Below the pieces are notes generated by a model. It ran no database searches, was not told the DNA's origin, and worked only from the letters and a program-made list of their open reading frames with translations. A DNA stretch of 64,000 nucleotides from positions 15,662-79,661 of IMG/VR virus record IMGVR_UViG_3300008267_000265; one strand, written 5' to 3'. Below, in pieces: positions 30,393 to 37,776 of this stretch. How positions within the stretch are numbered: the first letter of the stretch is position 1; every line of letters starts with the position of its first letter. A program made the position numbers and the translations under genes. This stretch comes from a virus.

Positions 30393-31065
30393 TTGGTATA
30401 GGTGGTGCTTTAGGTATAGGTGGTGCTTCAGGTGTTGCTGGTTCAGCCGGTGCTGGTTCTTCTTGCGGTTCTGGTTGCTCTTCCGGTGGCTGAATTGTTG
30501 CTGTCAGCATTTGAAATATTTTTGGAGCGAATCCTTTATTGTAAGCTGCTTCTGGGATTGTTGTTTTGAATCCCTCATAATCACGCTTTCTCAAAAGCTC
30601 TCTAACGTAGTACGAATTAACTCTACCATCCTTCTCCTGTACTGAGATTGTCTTTAGAATGTTTGGGTATCTTTGTCGTAGACTTTTCATGTATTCCTGA
30701 TCATCCTTCTCATCTTCTCCTCCTGCTACGTAGATTGCTTTTAGATCCTCTTTACCTGCCAAGTATTTAAAGATATCTTCTACTGGACTATCCTCTTCGG
30801 CTATTCTTACTTTGATCTTTGGATTTGGTTCTGCCTTCAAAAACATCTTCCACACTTGCAGTGACTGCTCTGGTGTGAGGCCTTCTTCAGTTTTTCTGCT
30901 TATTATAACAACTACTTCTGTTATATAATTTCTGGATGTGAGATTTTTAGCAGCTTTAAAGTGACCTTTATGAGGTGGCTTGAAACCTGCTGGATAAAAG
31001 CAGATGCCTGCTTCGTTTACAATCTCTTCAACTATTAATTTGGCTATTGATGTGTAGTCAATCAT
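30373..31065 (-). CDS. Cytidylyltransferase-like (HxGH) nucleotidyltransferase
   Basis: FYPAGFKPPHKGH motif; Pro/Glu-rich tail. Confidence 0.75.
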   Translation of the reverse strand: MIDYTSIAKLIVEEIVNEAGICFYPAGFKPPHKGHFKAAKNLTSRNYITEVVVIISRKTEEGLTPEQSLQVWKMFLKAEPNPKIKVRIAEEDSPVEDIFKYLAGKEDLKAIYVAGGEDEKDDQEYMKSLRQRYPNILKTISVQEKDGRVNSYYVRELLRKRDYEGFKTTIPEAAYNKGFAPKIFQMLTATIQPPEEQPEPQEEPAPAEPATPEAPPIPKAPPIPNEPKQA

Positions 31066-31078
31066 ATGATAATAAATA

Positions 31079-31735
31079 TCATTGAGCCGGATCTACCTCG
31101 GTAATTAGTTGGTTATTACGTTTTTTAAACAATTCTTTTAGCTCTTCCATGTATTTTGCAGCCTGCTCAATCCTATCTATCATGCTTTTTACCTCATCCT
31201 CATTACGATTCAGTCTGTAAACGAACATAGTATACTCGGAATCTACTCTTGGATCAAAGCTAATAAAGTCACACCACTGCGCATTTGCACATATCATATT
31301 AGAAATACACTGGTAGTAATAGTCGGATGCTATCTTTTTGAAGTCTGCATCTGTCTTTATCATGCCGTGCTTAAAGTGTTTTGCAGATGTATAGGGGCAT
31401 TTCACTTCTATAATACCTTCAGGCGGTGCTATTCCGTCCGGAGATCCGCCGTAGTAGTCGTTGTATACTATAAAAGATGCCTTATCTACTTGTGTTTTTG
31501 TAATATCTGAGTAGTGTTCTATCGCTACTGGCTCCCAATTCGTTCCCCATTCTAAGGCTATTCCAGTGGCTGAGGATGCTGCACCGCCGTAAAACTCCGA
31601 TACTTTTTCCAGTAGGTAGGTCTTTGCTGTCTCACTAAACCCCTCTTTGCCCATTATTTTATGTACTTCAGAGCTTGTTATTTTACCTTTTCTGATCTTG
31701 AACCATTCCTGGCTTCTTTGTTCAATTATCTGCAT
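31079..31735 (-). CDS. YqaJ / lambda-exonuclease family recombination nuclease
   Basis: QRSQEWF..RKGKITSS, WG...EP.A, GGSPDG, IEVKCP, YYYQ, CDFISFDPR. Confidence 0.9.
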   Translation of the reverse strand: MQIIEQRSQEWFKIRKGKITSSEVHKIMGKEGFSETAKTYLLEKVSEFYGGAASSATGIALEWGTNWEPVAIEHYSDITKTQVDKASFIVYNDYYGGSPDGIAPPEGIIEVKCPYTSAKHFKHGMIKTDADFKKIASDYYYQCISNMICANAQWCDFISFDPRVDSEYTMFVYRLNRNEDEVKSMIDRIEQAAKYMEELKELFKKRNNQLITEVDPAQ

Positions 31736-32493
31736 AGTTGCATTTTCTTTAGTAGCAAGTCGCTGAATGTTAGCTGCTTTGCTGTGTGTAAATACTTTGT
31801 TATATTTTCAAAGCCAATATCGGATGGGTCTTTTCCTTCTAATTCAATCAAATAAACGTCTTTACCGAGGTTTAATAATTGTTGTGAGTAGTTGATAGCT
31901 TCCTTTAAGGCATCGTTATCTAACGCAAGATAAACCGTTTTAACATCATTCTCTACGAGCTTCATCATAAGAGACTTTGGAATCGTCTTACCGAAGAGTG
32001 GTATTGCATTTCTTTTGAGTGCTATTGCGTCAAAAATACCCTCACATAGTATGACTGGTACCTTCCAATTAATATAATACTCAAAACCAATCAGCTCATT
32101 CTTGTTGCAAGACGGTGCATTATACTTTCTTCCTGGATCTTTCTCGAATGATCTTGAGATGTAGTAGTTTAGTTTACCATTTTTATCGTAGGATGGCACT
32201 TGGTAAGTTTTGTTCTGTTCTTCTCCTTTTCCATCTGGAAAGTAGGACCTCATTTCACTTACTTGTGTAGGATCTGCGTGTAGTTTCTTGAGTAATGATA
32301 CTAGATTTCTACCCTTAGTTGCAGGCTGACACGTCCAGCAGTTATAGAAGCCAGTCGTTGGATCTATCTCAAGTTTTGGTTTATGATGCTTGCAGAAAGG
32401 ACAATGGAAGGCGTGATTACCCTTCGTAGATGGCTTGGATCTACCAATAACAGTGTGTAATAAACCTAATACTAACCGTGCTTTTTCGTTCAT
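31726..32493 (-). CDS. DNA primase (CHC2 Zn finger + TOPRIM), middle segment apparently missing
   Basis: CPFC..HKPKL...CWTC; LCEGIFDA; ALDNDA; KDPSD; no YL..RG...IGY segment between TYQV and PSYD. Confidence 0.85.
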   Translation of the reverse strand: MNEKARLVLGLLHTVIGRSKPSTKGNHAFHCPFCKHHKPKLEIDPTTGFYNCWTCQPATKGRNLVSLLKKLHADPTQVSEMRSYFPDGKGEEQNKTYQVPSYDKNGKLNYYISRSFEKDPGRKYNAPSCNKNELIGFEYYINWKVPVILCEGIFDAIALKRNAIPLFGKTIPKSLMMKLVENDVKTVYLALDNDALKEAINYSQQLLNLGKDVYLIELEGKDPSDIGFENITKYLHTAKQLTFSDLLLKKMQLCR

Positions 32494-32511
32494 AGTATAC
32501 CTTTAACTTAT

Positions 32512-32541
32512 ACTATACTACTTCTTCTTTGTATTTGCAAC
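32512..32541 (-). promoter_or_regulatory. Putative Bacteroidota-type promoter for primase
   Basis: GTTG-N20-TATAGT (one mismatch to TAnnTT). Confidence 0.45.
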
Positions 32542-32958
32542 AGGCTGTTCTTCCAGCCATGCGTCCGGAATCTTTTTATCGGCGTACGGTATGCCTAGTG
32601 CTTCACACCAACTGCCATAGGTTGTCTTTGATCTCTTGGATATTTTTGTATTGGAGTTGCTAAATACGAATCTAATATCAAGCTCTGGGTGTTGTTCTTT
32701 AATCAGCTTGTGCTTCTTTCTATCTGCTAGTACGAATCTACCTTTTGTTTCTACAATAATTCCGTTCCATAGCTTGAAATCGGGTAAGTAGGTGTGATCT
32801 TTAGCGGGGACTGTATATTTTACAGTATTTGCTTTGTCTTCGTAGTCGTAATATATCTTTTGTTGTTGTAGTTGCTCTGCAACCGCTTCTTCTAATCCGC
32901 TGCGGTATCCGTGCTTTATTGCTCTTGCTCTCGCACTAACCTTTTTCTTTTTTTTCAT
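32518..32958 (-). CDS. T7 endonuclease I-like Holliday junction resolvase
   Basis: GYRSGLE, Y.PDF, VETKGRF...DR.KH, HPELDIRFVF, TTYG.WC. Confidence 0.9.
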   Translation of the reverse strand: MKKKKKVSARARAIKHGYRSGLEEAVAEQLQQQKIYYDYEDKANTVKYTVPAKDHTYLPDFKLWNGIIVETKGRFVLADRKKHKLIKEQHPELDIRFVFSNSNTKISKRSKTTYGSWCEALGIPYADKKIPDAWLEEQPVANTKKK

Positions 32959-32967
32959 AAGTTTGTT

Positions 32968-33339
32968 TTAAGAATCCCATCTGACTATGAACGTCATATC
33001 CGTATTGGATGGGATCGGGTATGGGGTCGCCAATTTACCAACTACTAGTAGATCGTTATTTTCATTGTAAAGACCTATGGTAGTTGCATATGGACGGAAG
33101 TCTGATCCCGTAATATTATCAGCTAATGTACCATCTATAATTTGACCATTTATAGCCGTTTGCCCTGGTGGTGCAAAAAACGGTAATGCTGCTGAGGAGG
33201 TTATACCTGATACCCTAGCAAATACTGATGGATTCTGTGAGTAATTAAAGTCGTTTTCTAAAACTCTACACTTAACCTCGTTCTGATAAATTGTGGTTTC
33301 AGAGGTAAGTCTTAGTTGGTATGGTATTGTTGTTGGCAT
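32968..33339 (-). CDS. Stand-alone C-terminal module of a baseplate/tail protein
   Basis: SETTIYQNEVKCRV.ENDFNYSQNPS...PYATTIGLYN....LLVVGKL..P resembles the C-terminus of 43664..44749. Confidence 0.7.
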   Translation of the reverse strand: MPTTIPYQLRLTSETTIYQNEVKCRVLENDFNYSQNPSVFARVSGITSSAALPFFAPPGQTAINGQIIDGTLADNITGSDFRPYATTIGLYNENNDLLVVGKLATPYPIPSNTDMTFIVRWDS

Positions 33340-33358
33340 GCTTATAAATAGATTATTG

Positions 33359-34303
33359 CTACTGTTTTACTTCAACTACAGCTATATTTGCTGCATACGA
33401 GTACTCATCTGTCATTGGAAACAGCTCTTTACTCTTTGCATAATGTCTTATCATATTTGCAAATTTTTGCCTGTCCATGTCTTTTTTAAAACAGAATTTA
33501 TGAATAAGAAAATCGCAGAGTCTGTGAGCATCTTCTATTGGTTGTACGTTCGTAACAAATTCTTCTTTTGAATAAATTATTCCATACGCATTGTAGAAGG
33601 TGCCTGGAGCATACTGCACGTACGGCACTCCTTTTAGGAGCGCATCCACTGCAAAAGTAGAGTTGAAGGATACACAAAATTCTGCATTGTCTATTATACT
33701 CAACCTTGCTTTTCCATACTTACATCCATACTGCTTTACAATGGCTTCTAACTCTGCGTAGATTTCTCCAGAATTCCATGGATGAAATTTAACAAATAGT
33801 TTATCTCCGTAAAATTTACAGCAATCTCTTACAAACTCTAAGTACTTCTTTGTACTTGTTACGCTCAGTATCGATCTATCTGTTGGATTCTGTAGTATCA
33901 AGACCGGGCCAGTCCAGCTAGCGATCTCACTTTCATTGTATGTTGCATTGTATTTAGATTGCTGATGGGCTGGAAGACTTTGTATCAACTCTCTAGCACT
34001 TTTTTTATCTTCTAGATCAAAGTCAGCCACTGCCTTATAACCAGCTGCTGTGTTTAATGAAATAGTCTGGTAGTTGCCAACTGTATCTATAAAGGATGCG
34101 TTGTGAAAAAAGCCTGTTTCCATCACACCGTATCTATCGCCGTACTGAGCAGTATACGGCTTAGTTCCCCAGTAGACAACATACTCGTAATCTGTTTTAC
34201 TCTTGTGGCTAAAAGTGAATCCTAGCTCTTGAGCCTCTGCTTCTGTTGTTAGCGGTAGCAGTCCGTAGTTAGTTGCGTATGATGGCAGTACTATACTAGA
34301 CAC
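33359..34303 (-). CDS. Putative glycosyltransferase (GT-B; KpsC/KpsS-like C-terminal motifs)
   Basis: ILQNPTDRSI, VKFHP, SFNSTFAVDALLKGVP resemble capsule-biosynthesis KpsC/KpsS motifs. Confidence 0.55.
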   Translation of the reverse strand: MSSIVLPSYATNYGLLPLTTEAEAQELGFTFSHKSKTDYEYVVYWGTKPYTAQYGDRYGVMETGFFHNASFIDTVGNYQTISLNTAAGYKAVADFDLEDKKSARELIQSLPAHQQSKYNATYNESEIASWTGPVLILQNPTDRSILSVTSTKKYLEFVRDCCKFYGDKLFVKFHPWNSGEIYAELEAIVKQYGCKYGKARLSIIDNAEFCVSFNSTFAVDALLKGVPYVQYAPGTFYNAYGIIYSKEEFVTNVQPIEDAHRLCDFLIHKFCFKKDMDRQKFANMIRHYAKSKELFPMTDEYSYAANIAVVEVKQ

Positions 34304-35250
34304 GACTTACTTGCTGTTTCAATGATCTCTCTAACATAGTTATATGTGCAGCTATTAGAGCTATAATCTTCTTGTTGTATACTGTATGGTAGCTCAGTCA
34401 TGTACAAACCCTTGTAAAACTTTCTACCGCAGTTACACACAATACCTGCATTGTGAAAGATTGGACATTCATCCCATCTTTCAACCGGATCTGTTGCCCA
34501 TGCAAAGTTTAGTTCTGGGACTACTTTGACTTCGTTACCTCTCAACCAGCTATTCCATAGCACTGCCCACATATCTGCACACCATATTTGCAGTTCATGG
34601 TAGTTAGGTTCTGTTTCTTTTACCTGGTAGTTTATTTTATTAATCTCAAAAAACATAGTTTCAGCATCTCTTTCAACCTTATGCCAGTAGTCTGCATCAA
34701 CATTTTTAAGAATGTATTGTGCACCTCCTGAGTGTGCGTTGTTTTGTTTAGGTATTTCCGGATCGATACCAACTATCTCACACATCTTTTCATAAACACC
34801 GTAGCCTTTTGACTGGATATACGTGTAGTTTATGTAGCTGTTTGTGTCGCTAACGTACCAAACATCGTCGTTTAGTAGATGATCAAAAGTAGGTTTTCGT
34901 GTAAATAGTGCATCACAGTCGTGATAATATATCGCAGCATCCTTCAATTCAGGGTAAGCTTCAAAGTGCTGCTTCAAGATATTGGGGCGGACTGATGAAA
35001 TGTAGTGAATTGGGTGTGGTCTTGTGTCTCTGTAGAAGTGAAAATTAACAGTTGTATAGTGCTTTTTTAATTTATCCCAAGCACTCACTGCTTCTTGAGT
35101 GTTGGTTCCGTCTATCGGATTCCAAGCAACTAGGATATCAATCTTACTTCCATCTATTCCATGCTTTAGGAAGTTGTTTATTGCAACTTCAACTTGCCAT
35201 GCATAGTAGACTAGGCGTGGTTGAACGCACATGTACCGTAACTCTTTCAT
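34291..35250 (-). CDS. Putative protein O-glycosyltransferase (GT-A; HPAT/SERGT-like)
   Basis: YYAWQ, YISSVRPNILKQHF, DxD (HDCD), GGAQY, WCADMWA, H motif near the C-terminus. Confidence 0.65.
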   Translation of the reverse strand: MKELRYMCVQPRLVYYAWQVEVAINNFLKHGIDGSKIDILVAWNPIDGTNTQEAVSAWDKLKKHYTTVNFHFYRDTRPHPIHYISSVRPNILKQHFEAYPELKDAAIYYHDCDALFTRKPTFDHLLNDDVWYVSDTNSYINYTYIQSKGYGVYEKMCEIVGIDPEIPKQNNAHSGGAQYILKNVDADYWHKVERDAETMFFEINKINYQVKETEPNYHELQIWCADMWAVLWNSWLRGNEVKVVPELNFAWATDPVERWDECPIFHNAGIVCNCGRKFYKGLYMTELPYSIQQEDYSSNSCTYNYVREIIETASKSCLV

Positions 35251-35263
35251 AAACTATTTTATA

Positions 35264-35271
35264 ATAAATAG
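35264..35271 (-). promoter_or_regulatory. Putative late promoter TATTTAT (glycosyltransferase pair)
   Basis: CTATTTAT 13 nt before the ATG at 35250. Confidence 0.55.
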
Positions 35272-35329
35272 CTTAGTATATATCTAAACGAAGAGCTATG
35301 TTGCTTTTAGTGTATTATATTTTTTGTTT

Positions 35330-37765
35330 TTATGTTATAGGATAATAGTTATTAGCCACTTCAGTAATATTAATTAGGGCTGATGCATATGTATAGGCAC
35401 TTGGGTACAGTCCTGTAATGTTGGATGCTACTGACCCACTTCCTATTAGCGTTGTACCACTAGATGGATCGGCTACTCCTTTCCATATAAATCTATAATA
35501 TCGTGATCCATCTAAATTTAGTATACTGCTATAGTTAGTACTTGTAACTGCGCCGTCAGGTGTGTATACCTCGTATATTCTATATGTAATCGGCATATCG
35601 CTCCAACCTATGTAACTTCCAGGTCTCGTTTGCATTCCCGTAACTATTACTTCACCAGCACTTACACCAACAGTTATTGATAGGTCTACTCTATAGACAC
35701 CAGTAGTTGGTACATAAAATCCATCGCTACTATCGTATGTTATTCCTAATGAGTTTTGTATTTGTAATTGCGCTATAGCTTGATAGGTGTCTGCCGTGGT
35801 AAGATCCTGAGATGATGTACTGTATGCTGATATGTAGTATGGATCGCGACTCGGCACTGCTGTTGATGCTGTAGCAAATACTTGTCCACTACTACTAATC
35901 ATTAAAATGTTTGTTGGTAGTGTTACTGGTGTTTGTAGGTCTGGGAAATATATTGAGCCTGATAAATTAGTTGAGCCTGTTACCGTTAAATTATTTCTAA
36001 AGTTGCCATCACCGTCTACGTCAAAAGTATATGCTGAGGATGTTGCTCCTACTATTAATTTAGATCCGTTTCCTCCAGTTTTAGTTCCAGATAGTGATGC
36101 ACTAAGAGCTACTCTACCGTCATCAAAAATTGACAATATATCATTATAAGAGCCGAGTACGAGACCAGCTGTGTTTCTTTCTAAAGAATTAAATCTAACT
36201 CTATTTTGCGATTGAGTATTGCTACCAAACATCTGTATTTCAAATCCAGGATAGTAGGTTGAGGAGGCTGTTACATTACTATATCCAAATGCTATGGCAG
36301 CCCCTCCTGAGGTAAAGTTAGCAACTGATGTGTATACTCCCATCTTTAGGTCACCGTTTCTTTCACTAACTATATTCTCATATTGATTCGTAGCCATGCT
36401 ACCTGCACCATTAATCGCTCTTAAAGAACCTGTTGCGTTTATTGATCCAGTCACTCTGTGTACGTCTGTTAGTGCGTTGCCTATTGTTACACCCGTTCCA
36501 GCCACAGCAAACTCTGTTATACTAGCGCTTGCAACAGTAAATACATTTCCTCCACCTATGTTTACACTGGCAGTTACTGACCCTGTTGCTATTTGCATTG
36601 GTGTTGTACTGACTACACTCAGCGCTGATGAAGCTGTTATAAATAACTGTCCGCTATTATCCATCAGTACGACTTTATCGGCAGTATTTGAGTCTGTTAG
36701 GTTTGGAAATCCAACTGTACCGCTTACATGTAGCGTATATAACGGTGTCCGAGTGCTGATACCAACTCTCGCACTTTGTACTGAACCTGAGAATGGATTT
36801 CCTGTGGTTGTACCGTATGATCCAGTTGCAAAGATCACACCTCCTATGTTGATTGAGTTTCTAGATCCGCTTGGTAATGTAATGTTTGTACCGATGATGA
36901 TGTTGTTGATGCCTACACTCCTCGGTCCCTGTGTAGCTTCGTAACCTGCGTAGTATCCTATGAAGGTCGAGTAGGATGCATTTATTGAGTACGCACCTGC
37001 GTTGTAGCCTATGAAGTTCGAGGATGATGCGGCAGAGGCACTGTAACCTACCCCCGCTCCTATAAAATTTGAATAGTTTGCATTAATCGCTTTTTCACCT
37101 GCTCCGCTTCCGATGAAAGTCGAATAGGCTGCGTTTGTTGCTTGATATCCCGCTTGTGTTCCTATAAAAGTAGAATAAGATGCACTTACTGCTTGGTTTC
37201 CTGCAGAATTTCCTACAAAGTTTGAATTGTCTGCATGTCTTGCGTCGTTGCCCGTATTACTTCCTATAAAATTTGAGTTCGCTGCGTTAGTTGCTCCGAA
37301 ACCTGCTAAGGCTCCTATAAAGTTTGAATTATACGCGTTCGTTGCTTGACGGCCTGCATTCAGACCTATAAAATTGGAATACTGGGCGTTTGTTGCACTT
37401 AGACCTGCTTGGTATCCTAGAAAGTTTGATATGTTTGCGTTTGTTGCATTACCACCCGCTTGATATCCTATAAAGTTTGACTCAGCTGCATTTGTTGCAC
37501 CGTATCCAGCTCCTGTATTTAAAAACACTGAGTTGTTTGCTAGCGTTGCATTATACCCTGCATCTAGACCTAAGAAGATCGATTCCGTTGTATTAACGCC
37601 CGTGGTTGACGGGTCATATGAATATATTGTACTTCCAGTTGTTCGCACTGAACCTAATGGTCCTTCTAGAGCGTAGGATGCTGTACCGTGTAATGATCCT
37701 GTAAATCCTCTGGTTGCTATGATCGATCCTGTTAAGTCAATTGATCCTGATAATATTAGTGGCAT
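35330..37765 (-). CDS. Tail fibre/adhesin with 14-residue SNFIG..AG beta-roll repeats
   Basis: About 15 repeats of NA..S[NT]FIG..AG..AT; ARVGISTRTP; C-terminal beta domain. Confidence 0.7.
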   Translation of the reverse strand: MPLILSGSIDLTGSIIATRGFTGSLHGTASYALEGPLGSVRTTGSTIYSYDPSTTGVNTTESIFLGLDAGYNATLANNSVFLNTGAGYGATNAAESNFIGYQAGGNATNANISNFLGYQAGLSATNAQYSNFIGLNAGRQATNAYNSNFIGALAGFGATNAANSNFIGSNTGNDARHADNSNFVGNSAGNQAVSASYSTFIGTQAGYQATNAAYSTFIGSGAGEKAINANYSNFIGAGVGYSASAASSSNFIGYNAGAYSINASYSTFIGYYAGYEATQGPRSVGINNIIIGTNITLPSGSRNSINIGGVIFATGSYGTTTGNPFSGSVQSARVGISTRTPLYTLHVSGTVGFPNLTDSNTADKVVLMDNSGQLFITASSALSVVSTTPMQIATGSVTASVNIGGGNVFTVASASITEFAVAGTGVTIGNALTDVHRVTGSINATGSLRAINGAGSMATNQYENIVSERNGDLKMGVYTSVANFTSGGAAIAFGYSNVTASSTYYPGFEIQMFGSNTQSQNRVRFNSLERNTAGLVLGSYNDILSIFDDGRVALSASLSGTKTGGNGSKLIVGATSSAYTFDVDGDGNFRNNLTVTGSTNLSGSIYFPDLQTPVTLPTNILMISSSGQVFATASTAVPSRDPYYISAYSTSSQDLTTADTYQAIAQLQIQNSLGITYDSSDGFYVPTTGVYRVDLSITVGVSAGEVIVTGMQTRPGSYIGWSDMPITYRIYEVYTPDGAVTSTNYSSILNLDGSRYYRFIWKGVADPSSGTTLIGSGSVASNITGLYPSAYTYASALINITEVANNYYPIT
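36822..36876. repeat. 55-bp near-identical direct repeat (second copy 38021-38075)
   Basis: 54/55 identity; encodes the LPSGSRNSINIGGVIFATG segment in both fibre genes. Confidence 0.85.
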
Positions 37766-37776
37766 CTGTTTTTATT

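Noticed and set aside
13630-32207. CTTACCAAG beside both the capsid and primase junctions as a recombination site
   Set aside because: It lies on opposite sides of the two junctions and is absent from the other six; probably chance.
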